Part shown: in pieces, positions 39,045-50,100 of the stretch
Numbering within the stretch: position 1 is the stretch's first letter
Layout of the letters: the number at the start of each line of letters is the position of its first letter
Virus record (IMG/VR): IMGVR_UViG_3300007214_000060
Coordinates: 29,397 to 93,396 of that record
Length of the DNA: 64,000 nucleotides
Origin: a virus
Reading direction: 5' to 3' (one strand)
Notes under the pieces: generated by a model
What the model was told of the DNA's origin: nothing
The model's database searches: none
What the model saw: the letters and a program-made list of their open reading frames with translations, nothing else
Position numbers and translations under genes: made by a program

Positions 39045-39196
39045 CACCGCTATATCTTTGGAATGGTAAAATACTCCAAATAGATGGCGCTCTGGCCGGA
39101 GATCAGGCGTGTTGTTGCACACCAACACCCACGCCCACTCCGACAGAGCCGTATGATCCATATGGAGTAGATCTCAATTTACCAGAAGAAGAGTAG
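39041..39196 (+). CDS. 51-aa protein with CCC and Pro-Thr repeat (not in ORF track)
   Basis: MTPLYLWNGKILQIDGALAGDQACCCTPTPTPTPTEPYDPYGVDLNLPEEE*; ATGA overlap with upstream stop. Confidence 0.6.
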   Translation: MTPLYLWNGKILQIDGALAGDQACCCTPTPTPTPTEPYDPYGVDLNLPEEE

Positions 39197-39252
39197 CTTA
39201 ACTAATTGTTAATCGTATTTTTTGATAGTGATAGCACATTCTAATTATCTTT

Positions 39253-42015
39253 TTAATTATTTGGTGGGGTTTTATCCATATAGGCAGCAACAGCATAGAT
39301 CAAACCGCACGAATTTAAGTCTGGAATGGTTAGCTTAAGAGGATTTTCAAAGGTTATGCTCTGTTGATTAATGTTCGAGCCGCCAGCAAAACCAACAACA
39401 GTCAATGAGCTTGTATCATTTAAATATCCATAAGCCATTATTGTTGAGCTATTAGCTGATCCAATAACGATATATTCATGAGCATATGTGTCATAGTATG
39501 CATATACTAATTGATCAATATCATAACTAGATCCTATTCTATCAACCAGCTTAATTATTGGTATATCTCCTCCACTATCACCATCCCCTGTTGGAGTGGG
39601 TGTTGGTGTTGATGTGGGTGTCGGCGTTAGTGTAGGTGTTGGCGTTAGTGTAGGTGTTGGCGTTGGCGTTGATGTAGGTGTTTCCGTAGGTGTTTCCGTA
39701 GGCGTTTCCGTAGGTGTTTCCGTCGGGGTTTCTGATGGTGGATTTTCTGAGCAATCAGTAACAGGTACCGAGCTTTGGTTACTATTTCCGGAAGATATTA
39801 CTTCAGCCACTCTAATTTTTGCGGTTGTATAATTTAGTACTAGATTTGATCCATTGAGAGATAAAGAAACACTAGTTACAACATCTATTGTGTTTGGGTC
39901 TGTTGTGGGCGTAGGCGTAGGACCATTATCACATGGACAGGCTTGTTGGCATTCGTTTAGCGACGTATATGGTCCGCTAAAGCTGCCTCCGGAACCACAA
40001 CTATTAGGATCTGAACTACTTAAGCACTCAAAACATCCTTCAACATTTGTTGAGCAGCAATACCATTGTTCATCGCAGGAACCAACATTAACTAGTACCC
40101 ACTCCTTAGATCCATCAGAGTCTTGTGTTCCTCCACCACCCGATCCAGAGCACTCGTCTTCTTCTGCTATTTCTACTCCATCAGCATCATATAATTTTCT
40201 ACCATATCTTTTAGATGTTTTTTTGTTAATAATGCTACCAACACCTTCTCCATAACTAGATACTTTTTTAATAACTCTAGCAGTAACTATCTTGAATGGT
40301 TGTGGGGTAACCCAGACTCCTCGTTCTCTATCAAATCTAAGGTCAACTGGGCCAACTGGCCATGTTGCCGGTTTTTGAAGCCAGTCTTCCAAGAACCTAT
40401 CCGTTAATCCTTGAGATTCGTTGAAATCACCTTGACCTTTAAATATTCCAGATTTAGCAGAACTGTCTTCGTCTATCGAATTAGGGATTGGTTTTCCGTC
40501 AACATCATAGCCCCATGAGTGTAATACTAGAGGTCCACGCATACCTAAGAATCTATAATCGTCGCTATACTTTGAGCTATCGTCATTTTCATAGAAATGT
40601 GTTTGAATACCACTTTCTGGAACGCCTGTTTCTCTTCCAACAAGAGATATCGAATGACCCAAATGCTCTCCAGAATAATGTGGTATGGTTGATGGATTAC
40701 TTAATGGATTTAAATATAAATTATTTATATTCAGATTGTATACTTCATGACCAGTTGGGACGGGAGGGTTGTTGCAATCTCCTAGTGTGAATGGTGGTTG
40801 AGCCTGAATCGGAGAGCTTTTATGATTTCTTTCTTCAAATGCTTGAACGTATTGTGGTAACTCTCCATCACCACTTATGGAAACAGGACTATATAAACCA
40901 TCTATACTTATAAAAGCTTTTTTCTCATAATTATAACGCATTTCGGAAATAGATTTACATAGGCTGGTTGTTCCAACATTAGATACTTGTCCATAAATAT
41001 CACCGGTTGTTTTTCTAAAATCATAAAGCATTCCAGTCAATACCGATCCTAGACTATTAGCTTGATGACGACCTCTATTTGGCGGTCTATTATTTTGCCT
41101 ACCTCCACCAAATAAAGCGGCTCTAGAGTTAATTCTATGCTGATTGATTTGTTGGCCTCGTAAAAATTTTATAATTTCATTTCTATTTTGAGCAATTTTT
41201 TTAACTCTATCAATATAGTGTTTACTTAATGAGCCAAATTTAGGAGTATATGTTCTAAACTCATACGTTGTTGAGACTCCGCTGGACCCGAATGAAAAAT
41301 TAACATTAGATAAGGTTGGTCCAGCCGAACCCAAAGCCAAACCTATTCTTGTGATATCTATTGATGAACCATTAAGAGATATCGTTCCTGGAACACTAGG
41401 CACAGTAACAGAACCAGTTTCTGCTCTTATTAAGCCGGTGTTTTGTTCTTCCACTATTCCTTGAGCTATGCCATCCATTAATTCTTTACTACCAAAAACC
41501 CAAGGTGCTAAATCTGTATTTACTTGAGCTGTTGTTCCACCACTACTGCCCCAAAAATTAGTAGATATATATGGTCCGTATGTAAAAATATTACTTTTCA
41601 TAGGAACTATAACTGCTGCTGGTACAACAGCAGGGGTAGTATAAGCATCTATATTCACGCTCGGTACGTCTAAACCATTTTGAGATTTAGTTAGTTTATC
41701 TTTGTCTTCTTGAGTCAAAGACATAGCTTTTGTTTTGCTTTGAATACATTCGCCAGGAGCTATTTGTGTTGTCGCCTCCGAGTAACTTAGGTGGTTAGAC
41801 AACATAAAAGCAAGAGGCTGGGACAGGTCTTGTTGATCATCGCAAACTGTGGCGGAGCATTTATTAGGAAATTTGATAACTACATATGGCCTATCATTAA
41901 TAATATATATTTTTTCCTCTACCTCTGCTTTTACCCAAACATTATTAGCATTAGCATATAGATCTTCCAGAGGTATTTCTGTAAAGTCTAATTTTCCACA
42001 ATTAATGCCTGGCAT
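39253..42015 (-). CDS. Tail-tip/baseplate-region virion protein with Cys-rich and Pro-Thr segments
   Basis: Downstream of TMP in the same operon; (ETPT)n/(PT)n linker; function inferred from position. Confidence 0.55.
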   Translation of the reverse strand: MPGINCGKLDFTEIPLEDLYANANNVWVKAEVEEKIYIINDRPYVVIKFPNKCSATVCDDQQDLSQPLAFMLSNHLSYSEATTQIAPGECIQSKTKAMSLTQEDKDKLTKSQNGLDVPSVNIDAYTTPAVVPAAVIVPMKSNIFTYGPYISTNFWGSSGGTTAQVNTDLAPWVFGSKELMDGIAQGIVEEQNTGLIRAETGSVTVPSVPGTISLNGSSIDITRIGLALGSAGPTLSNVNFSFGSSGVSTTYEFRTYTPKFGSLSKHYIDRVKKIAQNRNEIIKFLRGQQINQHRINSRAALFGGGRQNNRPPNRGRHQANSLGSVLTGMLYDFRKTTGDIYGQVSNVGTTSLCKSISEMRYNYEKKAFISIDGLYSPVSISGDGELPQYVQAFEERNHKSSPIQAQPPFTLGDCNNPPVPTGHEVYNLNINNLYLNPLSNPSTIPHYSGEHLGHSISLVGRETGVPESGIQTHFYENDDSSKYSDDYRFLGMRGPLVLHSWGYDVDGKPIPNSIDEDSSAKSGIFKGQGDFNESQGLTDRFLEDWLQKPATWPVGPVDLRFDRERGVWVTPQPFKIVTARVIKKVSSYGEGVGSIINKKTSKRYGRKLYDADGVEIAEEDECSGSGGGGTQDSDGSKEWVLVNVGSCDEQWYCCSTNVEGCFECLSSSDPNSCGSGGSFSGPYTSLNECQQACPCDNGPTPTPTTDPNTIDVVTSVSLSLNGSNLVLNYTTAKIRVAEVISSGNSNQSSVPVTDCSENPPSETPTETPTETPTETPTETPTSTPTPTPTLTPTPTLTPTPTSTPTPTPTGDGDSGGDIPIIKLVDRIGSSYDIDQLVYAYYDTYAHEYIVIGSANSSTIMAYGYLNDTSSLTVVGFAGGSNINQQSITFENPLKLTIPDLNSCGLIYAVAAYMDKTPPNN
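39590..39733 (-). repeat. Coding tandem repeats (12-bp x5 = ETPT; 18-bp x2 = TPTLTP)
   Basis: gtaggtgtttcc-like units at 39674-39733; ggcgttagtgtaggtgtt x2 at 39623-39658. Confidence 0.9.
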
Positions 42016-42037
42016 AATAATTCTTTCTTTTTAAAAA

Positions 42038-43693
42038 TTAACCCGGTGGATTTTCTGTCTCGCTACTTCCACCGCCACCAGACGGCGGATTAACCTCATC
42101 TGGCTGCCCATCATCCTCAGGCTCTTCTGATGAACCCTCTATATTGAATACTCCAAAACACACTACTCTATTGTCTTCTGATCTAAATACGCCAAGATCA
42201 GGATCAGATAAACCTAAAACCGGACCACCTTCCTGATACCATCCACCAGCATTTGTGGGTATGCTACTAAATATTTTTTCTCCAAAGGGATGTTCTGGAT
42301 CTTTAAAATAACATATTTTTTCATTGAGTTTTGCTATGAATTGTTTGCCATAGAATGTATTACCTAAATTAGCAACAAATTCATGTATCTTATTTAGATC
42401 CTCATCTGATTTAAATTTTCCTCTTTTAGCTGCTGCGCTATTTGCATTGAATCTTATTCTCATTAATTCTTCATATTTATGTTCAGGGTGCAATTGATTA
42501 CTATTAAAAACACCTTCTATAGCTTCTTTGAGATTAGCATCCTGACCAGCAAATTTATTTCTAATCTTAGTTGCTAAATCATTAGGATTATTTTCTAAAT
42601 CTTTGTCCATTACAATTCTTTCCCAAGCTTCTCTACTAGCCATAGCGGCTCTGATTTGAATTTCGCTGATTCTGTATGGTCCATCTCCATCTATTGGTTC
42701 ATATAATCCTAAATTTAATTCTGTTATTCTTTTTTCAATAACAAAGTTAGTACCATCATCATTTACTGCTATTGGTACTACTGGTTGCATTTCTCCGGTA
42801 TTAAGATTTTGTTCTTCTCCAAAGAAATGATTAAAACAATCTACATAAGTAAGATAATGTACTTGTTCTCCAAATAAAATACTTTTTGTTCTTTCATTTC
42901 TAAGTTCTTGACCATAACTTAAATCTGTTGCGCTACCATCAAAAGCGGCTATTATGTTACCAAAACTGGTTGGTTGAATTTTTAGATCTATAGTTCCAAT
43001 TCTAATAATATTAGGTAATTGTAAATAAACATAAAATTCTAAACCACGAACATCACAAACATCTTGTAGTAATTGTAATACTGTTTGAGGACCAGCGACC
43101 CTGTAATAGGATGGGGCCGGTGGAAAGTCTGCCCAGTTTAAACTATATACTGCGCCTGTTGGCGATTTAATAACAGGATTCATCTGGATAAGTTTATCTA
43201 CAATATACGAGTACGGCATACCTCTTTCATTGCTTAATGATGATCCAAAATTATTACAGTTTCCACCAGCAACAGATCCCTCATATGCTGCATAAACGTT
43301 AATATAATTATTAGCTTGAATAGGAGGCATCAAAGAACCATCTACAACAACGGCCACATTTTCCAATAACTGTCTTGGGTCTGTAACTTTGACATTATAA
43401 ACAAGACCGCCACTATTTTGATTCATTGTCCAATTAGTAAGAACTCCACCGAAAGTATATTTAAAATTAGCTGGAGCAAAAGATGGGAAGAATACTGGAT
43501 CGCCAACTATAACGGATCCTGATTTAGGTAAAAAATTATCCGGAGCAGTCTCGTCGCAATCCTCGACTAAATCAACACTAATTGAGCTTTCTTGAGATCC
43601 TAGACCAAGACTAGAAGAAAATGATAGTACGGTTGCCCCTAAAAATTTGATTGGCGCTGTCAAAATTGGTTGTACGCAGTTAGTGTTGTTCAT
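42038..43693 (-). CDS. Putative baseplate hub / tail-tip protein
   Basis: Position after TMP and paralogous pair; beta-rich N-terminus FLGATVLSFSSSLG...VDLVED. Confidence 0.45.
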   Translation of the reverse strand: MNNTNCVQPILTAPIKFLGATVLSFSSSLGLGSQESSISVDLVEDCDETAPDNFLPKSGSVIVGDPVFFPSFAPANFKYTFGGVLTNWTMNQNSGGLVYNVKVTDPRQLLENVAVVVDGSLMPPIQANNYINVYAAYEGSVAGGNCNNFGSSLSNERGMPYSYIVDKLIQMNPVIKSPTGAVYSLNWADFPPAPSYYRVAGPQTVLQLLQDVCDVRGLEFYVYLQLPNIIRIGTIDLKIQPTSFGNIIAAFDGSATDLSYGQELRNERTKSILFGEQVHYLTYVDCFNHFFGEEQNLNTGEMQPVVPIAVNDDGTNFVIEKRITELNLGLYEPIDGDGPYRISEIQIRAAMASREAWERIVMDKDLENNPNDLATKIRNKFAGQDANLKEAIEGVFNSNQLHPEHKYEELMRIRFNANSAAAKRGKFKSDEDLNKIHEFVANLGNTFYGKQFIAKLNEKICYFKDPEHPFGEKIFSSIPTNAGGWYQEGGPVLGLSDPDLGVFRSEDNRVVCFGVFNIEGSSEEPEDDGQPDEVNPPSGGGGSSETENPPG

Positions 43694-43697
43694 AATT

Positions 43698-45386
43698 TTA
43701 AGACTCTAATAAATTACATGCTTTATCACATATATATGATAAAGTCATATTATAGGTTCCATCTATCGGGTTGTGACTATACTCTTTTGCTGTAAGCGTG
43801 TACAATGTCTCGTCTGGAAAAGTTATTTCTGGAAAAATTGCTGACATATCCGTATTCTTAAACTGAATAATTTTATCAAGTATGACTGATCCTTGGCTGA
43901 CCGGACAGCACTCCCTTGGCTTAATAATATCTGCTGTTACCGTTATTCGTTTAGCTGATACTGTTCCTAGTTTTTGTATTGTAAAGTCTCCATTAGGAAT
44001 AATAAATTCTGCTATTATATCGGCTGGTTCTTCAACGGCTATTTTTATATTACTTGTTGTGCTATTTGATTCTTTTTTTACGCATTTATTACTATCATAG
44101 GTGCATGAATATTCTATTATACCAGTCATAAAATTAGTTGTCAAGTTAAATGACGATGCTTTAATTGATCCATCAGAACAATCTTCTATTGGAATCTCTA
44201 AAGAAGTTGCATTTATTTCTAGCAAATTCTTAAGATCTTCGACCAGATCATCATTAATAATGATATTAGATAAAAAACTTTTAGCATTAGTAATTTTTAC
44301 GCCGCTAGATCCTCCTTGCAATAAGGAGCCAGAGCTTGGTAATATAAAGTTGCCTAGATTTTGCACAATACCGCCAGGACACAGACCTTCTATAGTTCCA
44401 TTTACTGTTATTGTAATATTATTTTTATTTCCATTTCTGGAAGTATTATATGCTTTATTTATTGTATGTATAATTTCTGGACTGGTATAGTTGGATGATG
44501 TATTGTTTTTTAATAATGCAGAATAATTTAAGCTGAATGAGCCGTCTGACTCTGAGGTTTCACAAGTTAAGGTTTCGTTAAAAATATTGTAGGACTCCGC
44601 TATTTCTCCTAGAATTCCCGGTCCGTCAGAATGTATAGAAGACAATGAATCAGATGGCGAGCACGATGTTCCTGAGATTTTTAAGCTATTAATAATAGAT
44701 CTAACTTTTTTATATAGTCTATCTTGAGCAAAATTTTTAGCTTGTAGCCATGCTGGAGATAAATTATTGTTTATAAAATAATTTTTACCAGTTGCTGATA
44801 TGCTATAATTTAATCTCATTACAGAATTATTTATTTCTAATGGAGTATCATGAAAATTAAATGATTCGTCTTCTATACTAAGATTCCAAGAGTCTGTAAA
44901 TTCTTTGATTTTAAATTTTTTGATGTCTACTAAATTAGATGAATGAGATGAATTATTTATATAAATATTAGAGCATGTAAACTCTTCATCTAGAATATCT
45001 AATTCATTAAATTCTATTTCAGCTGTGAATGGCGCATACGCTGTCCAGTTATTTTCGCTGTTGTCAAAAGATAGTGATCGTAAAATGCCGCCTTTTGCTT
45101 GTAAAATAGGTGGTCCTTCATTCTCATTTTTTAGAATTGCTAGCACACCCCCATTTCTAGATAGTATCTTCTGTATATTTTTAATTGAAGACAATACTCT
45201 TGATACGCCTCTGTAACTATTGTTAGTGTTTAGCATAGCGTAGCCATTCAGCGACAATATATATGAGTATCCAATGATAGAATCATTAGCATAAGAATAC
45301 TGCACGCTTATACTAACCTTCGGTGATGGCGTTATCTCATACTGAGAAGAAAAATTCGATTCAGGACCGTAGTATATTTTAGTCAT
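43698..45386 (-). CDS. Putative distal-tail/structural protein, paralogue B
   Basis: Colinear similarity to 45400..47115 (YANDSIIGY, FTDSWNLS, PAWLQAKNFA, AEFIIP). Confidence 0.55.
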   Translation of the reverse strand: MTKIYYGPESNFSSQYEITPSPKVSISVQYSYANDSIIGYSYILSLNGYAMLNTNNSYRGVSRVLSSIKNIQKILSRNGGVLAILKNENEGPPILQAKGGILRSLSFDNSENNWTAYAPFTAEIEFNELDILDEEFTCSNIYINNSSHSSNLVDIKKFKIKEFTDSWNLSIEDESFNFHDTPLEINNSVMRLNYSISATGKNYFINNNLSPAWLQAKNFAQDRLYKKVRSIINSLKISGTSCSPSDSLSSIHSDGPGILGEIAESYNIFNETLTCETSESDGSFSLNYSALLKNNTSSNYTSPEIIHTINKAYNTSRNGNKNNITITVNGTIEGLCPGGIVQNLGNFILPSSGSLLQGGSSGVKITNAKSFLSNIIINDDLVEDLKNLLEINATSLEIPIEDCSDGSIKASSFNLTTNFMTGIIEYSCTYDSNKCVKKESNSTTSNIKIAVEEPADIIAEFIIPNGDFTIQKLGTVSAKRITVTADIIKPRECCPVSQGSVILDKIIQFKNTDMSAIFPEITFPDETLYTLTAKEYSHNPIDGTYNMTLSYICDKACNLLES

Positions 45387-45399
45387 AATTTATATCCTA

Positions 45400-47115
45400 T
45401 TAATTATCACAAACAATATATTCTCTATTTATACTGTATGTGCCATCTGTACCAAAATCAGAAGAATTGCGTACTAAAATAGTACCAGCAATTTCGGCCG
45501 GAGGAAGGCCGCTAATATTAAGAGATCCATCGCAACCAGAACCAATAAGTGAATCTATAGATGCGCAACAATCAGAAGGCGGATTTGATCCTGTTATTGA
45601 TAGTGTAATTCTCTTTGGATTGTTAGCGTTTATTTTTTGTATTATTGGACCAGCAGATCTTCCGGGAACTATAAATTCTGCTGTTATCGGTGTTTTTTCT
45701 TGCACATTTATTGTTACACTTTGGTATCTGTTAAGATCAGCACAAGCAGAAGTAGTATCGTATTGTGTCGAATAATTTATAGATCCAGTACTATAATCAT
45801 GAGTAACATTAAAAGTAGAAGATTTTATCGGCGCGCCACTGGGATCGATACAAGCGCCGCTAACTCCAAGAGCTTGATTGGAAACGCCAAGAAATTGAGC
45901 AAAATCCTGATTTAGAGACTTTCCATCAGATATAAGATCAAAGGTTATTTTAGCATTAGAATATTTATTTGTGTTAGTATTATTTGGTACTGATATTATA
46001 ACAGATCCGTTTGCTGGAAAGCTAATAACCGATGGAGATTTTACTATTCCTCCCTCCAGTAGTCCTTGTATTGATCCGTTTACGGATATGGTTGTGTTTT
46101 TTTGAAATCCATCATCTGTAGCATCTTTTGTTGTGGAATAAGTGTGTATAGTAGATGGATCAGAGTATTGTGAAAAACTATATCTTTTAAGAATAGCTGT
46201 ATATTCTAAAGAAAATGTTCCGGCGCCCTCACTTGTTGAACATGAAACTTTTTCATTGTATATCTTGTAATTTGCGTCCGCTAAACCATCTATTAGCCCA
46301 GGCGGCCCTGCTCTAAAAATAGATGATAGTGTGCCATCTGTTGAGCAGCCGCTGCTTGATCCTGTTCGTCTCAGAATCCCTGTATTTAATCTGTTAACCT
46401 GTTGATGTAGCTTAAACTCGGCAAAGTTTTTCGCTTGTTCCCATGCCGGTAAAAGATCTCTATTCTGATTAAAATAGTGTTTTCCAGTAACGTTTATTGT
46501 ATATGATATATTGAAGTGTTCGTTTCTAACAGAGCCGTCCGTATTATATATGTTATCGTCCAACGAAAAATTCCACGAGTCATTAAAACTTTTAACCTTA
46601 TATGTTTTCATATCAATTAGTTCTGGTGAATCAGTAATACCTTGAGGTATCTGGCCACAATTTATACTTATACCAGAACCAGAGCAATCTCCGAGTTTGA
46701 TTTCGTTAAATTCTAACTCGATTGTGTATTCCGCAAAATTTACCCAATTATTAGCAGACTCCTGAAAATTTATACCTCTAATTGTGGCTCCTGTTAGCTC
46801 AAACAGCACTTGACCATTTTGATTATTAGCAAAAAGCTTTCCACCATTGCCATTAAAGATATTTTTAACTTTTTGTATAGATTCTAATACATCATCAAAA
46901 TCTGGCGTATTATTTGGATCAATTGGCTTAGATAAATCCAATGATGTTGCGTAACCAGTAAGAGTCACATTATAAGTATATCCAATAATAGTGTCATTTG
47001 CATACACAAACTCTGGATTAATGCTTATCTGAGGAGCTGGTAAAAGCCTGTTACCGCTGTTTGGAGATTCTCCATTTTTTAAGTAGTATAATTTTAGCAA
47101 CGGGTTGTATGTCAT
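45400..47115 (-). CDS. Putative distal-tail/structural protein, paralogue A
   Basis: Immediately downstream of TMP; YANDTIIGY, FNDSWNFS, PAWEQAKNFA, AEFIVP. Confidence 0.55.
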   Translation of the reverse strand: MTYNPLLKLYYLKNGESPNSGNRLLPAPQISINPEFVYANDTIIGYTYNVTLTGYATSLDLSKPIDPNNTPDFDDVLESIQKVKNIFNGNGGKLFANNQNGQVLFELTGATIRGINFQESANNWVNFAEYTIELEFNEIKLGDCSGSGISINCGQIPQGITDSPELIDMKTYKVKSFNDSWNFSLDDNIYNTDGSVRNEHFNISYTINVTGKHYFNQNRDLLPAWEQAKNFAEFKLHQQVNRLNTGILRRTGSSSGCSTDGTLSSIFRAGPPGLIDGLADANYKIYNEKVSCSTSEGAGTFSLEYTAILKRYSFSQYSDPSTIHTYSTTKDATDDGFQKNTTISVNGSIQGLLEGGIVKSPSVISFPANGSVIISVPNNTNTNKYSNAKITFDLISDGKSLNQDFAQFLGVSNQALGVSGACIDPSGAPIKSSTFNVTHDYSTGSINYSTQYDTTSACADLNRYQSVTINVQEKTPITAEFIVPGRSAGPIIQKINANNPKRITLSITGSNPPSDCCASIDSLIGSGCDGSLNISGLPPAEIAGTILVRNSSDFGTDGTYSINREYIVCDN

Positions 47116-47124
47116 ATGTTATGC

Positions 47125-50100
47125 TTATCCTCCTGGTGAACCTCTTGTTCTTAGGTCCATACCAGCATTTTTAATTTCTCCTCTTAATTTCTCAATCTCT
47201 GGCATTACTAGATCCTCCGCTAATTGCTTCATGGTGTCATTTAATGCCTTTAGCGGTGCTTCTCCAGTAAAGTTTACATTAATATTATATTCACCTTCTA
47301 GCTTATGAGTAAATGTTAAGCTCTCTAATCTAGATATATAATTTTCAAAATTTTGACCAAAACCGCCCAATGTTTCACTTAGTGTTTTATTAAATGAATT
47401 TAGGATTTCTGTAGATTTGTCATCTAAACTTAAACTATATATTAATGAGTTATCTGGACCACCAGTTTGTTGTGTTTGTTGAACGCCGGTTTCAGCAGCA
47501 GTAACATTGTTGAGGAAAGCTGTGTTAATTGGTTGAGCGCCCAAGTTCTGCATCGATGGTCCACCAGCTGAGGAGGCTGCAAAATTTGTTGTTGGAGCGC
47601 CTTGAGTTGGTGATACTGGAACGGCATTATTTGCTAAAACTTGTTGAGCTCGTGCTTTACCGGCTTCTTCTCTTTCTTTTCTAGCAGCATCTGCTCTTTG
47701 TTGAATTGCTATTGCTTGATCAATATCTCCGCCACCAAGAGCAAAATCTATTCTATCAGTACCAATATCTGCAACGTTAGATTGTGTTTCTTCAGCAGAC
47801 GTATTAGAAGCTTCTTCTATTTTTCTAGCTTCCATTTCTATTTGAGGCTTATATTTATCAACTAATTGTTGCTGAGGTTTGGTTAATTTTTCTCCAGCGC
47901 TCTGTTTTAGTTCTAATTTTCTCGCTCTCAAGAGTTCGGCATCTTGTTTCTTTTTTTCCGCCTCTGCTATTTTCGCTCTACGTTCTGGTGATAAAGTAGC
48001 CAGATAAGCTTGTCTTCTAGATTCTTTATTTTGTAAATAATTTGCTCTCCTTTGAGCTAACATAGATTGTCTGCGATTCATAGGTTTGCTAGTAATTGTT
48101 GGCGTGGATTGCTCAGAATCTTCCGATACTCTGGTTATACCCAATGGGTTATCAACGACTGGCTGTTCCGCTATTCTAGCTTGTGATTCTGTGACCGCTG
48201 GTGTTTGTTGTGTTGGTGCTGTCTGTGTTATTTGATCGGATGGTTTTTTGTCGTTAGTTGTAATCGCTTGTGTCGAGGGTGGTGTTGGAGATTTTAGAGC
48301 AAGCTGTTGTCGTTGAGCCTGCATAGCTTGTAAACCTTCTAGTTTAGCTTTAGCATCTTGATAAGCTTGAATATCTTCTGGGGCTCCTTGAAGGCCTTGG
48401 TTATATTCTGTTATTTTGCCGCGAGCTTGAAGCATTTGTTTATTAGCTTCTATAACAGCATCATTTAAATTTGTCGGTTCGGCTGTTTCTGGTTTGGTTA
48501 CATCTGGTGTTGAAGTAGACGATGAATTATTATTAACTAGTTGTTGTAATAGTGCTTCTGCGCGAGTGTCATGGGTGTATATGCTACCTGGTTTTGTTGC
48601 TTTGGTCGCCATATCTTCTATAGCGCTAATAGCTTGTGGATCACTGTTCTCTGTGGAGGCTTCGGAAGCTTGTTGACCAAGTTGAGACGATGGTTTTTGT
48701 TGATCTTTTTGAGGAAATAACTGTTGAACAACAGCAGCAAATCCTTGTGCTATAATTACTCCTATATTCAATAGTATGTTTGGATCAATTGAACTAAATA
48801 TTAGCGAAGCATCCATAAGTTGAGATGACGCTTGAGCCTGAGCTTCAGATTGTGGTTGTGGAGCAGACAGTCCTAATCTGTCCATTTCGGTCCTAGATTC
48901 TGCTAGATATAAGTCTGTGATCTGTGAGGTTGCTTGGTTGAATAGGTCTTTCTTACCGGAGGGTAGTCGTTCTGCGTCTTTTGCAAACCCGGCTCTGGTC
49001 TCTTTACGTTTAGCTATAAGCTCTTCCAAAGTATCTATGCCAAAACCTGTTTCTAGCTGTTGTAAATCTAGTTTAGCTAGTCCTATATCCGTGCCTTCTG
49101 CTAGTTGAGACACTTGCTGTAAGTCAAAACCTCTTGTTAATAGATCTTCTAAAATTTGAATTTGCGTATCAGCATACGCTATATCTTTTGCTAAGCCAAT
49201 ACTGCCTACACCGTCTGTCTCCGTTAGTTTGGAAACAGCAGACACATCAACACCGGCGGATGCTCCTCTCTCGCTGAAAGAGCCAGATATTGCCTCAGAC
49301 GCTCTGCTTTCTGCTCTGGCTGCGGCTAATGCTGTATCCACCATATGGGCTGTGTCTTTCATTAATCCTACTGTTTGAGTCACCCCTTGCCCTATAGTGT
49401 CTATTGGTCTGGTGAATCCAGCAGAGGCGTTTTGTAAACTTCCCATTACTAATCCAGCGTTCTCGATATTATCTAATTGAGTGGTGGACTCATCCCATTG
49501 CTTCACTTTGCCCCTAGGATCTCTTATCAATTCGGCTCCTGTGTAAAATGCATCAGCAGCAGTATTAATAGCTATTCCTGGCGCTCCTCCAGCCAATACG
49601 GCTCCAGCAGTAGCAAGATCTGCGCCTGTTTCATAAACCTCTCTACCGGTAGTTCCTCGTTCACCTATCGCCTCAGGAACTCCTAGTGCGTCTAGTCCTG
49701 TTCTTGCTAATCCAACACCAAGTTGCAAACCACTACCCCTAACAGCGGCACCTTGACCAACCACAGGTGTTAGAGCTGCTGTTGCCGCTGTATAAGACGC
49801 TAGAGACGTTCCCGTGTCTACTACGCCTTGAGTTGTTTGTTGCTGAATATCTCTTTCTTCAGCATTTAATCTTTGCTTTTCTGCTTCTGCTTCGGCCGCA
49901 GATCTTTCGCTTGCGCCAGCAAACATATCGACTGGTTCTGGCTTAACAACCGATACTTCTGGCTGTGGAACAAATCCTGAATTAGATAAGACCTGCGCTG
50001 TTAGCGCTTGCGGCGTTAGCGCTTGTGGTGTGAGTTGCTGAGAACCAAAAGGTATAGTTGGTAACCCATTACTAGATAGATTTTCTATATTAAGGGTGGC

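Noticed and set aside
39198-39225. Terminator between the convergent arms (TTAAC-TAATT-GTTAA plus T-run)
   Set aside because: Stem is only 5 bp and AT-rich; too weak to call
39590-39733. Tandem repeats as a CRISPR or origin array
   Set aside because: No spacers; units are multiples of 3 and encode the ETPT/PT linker
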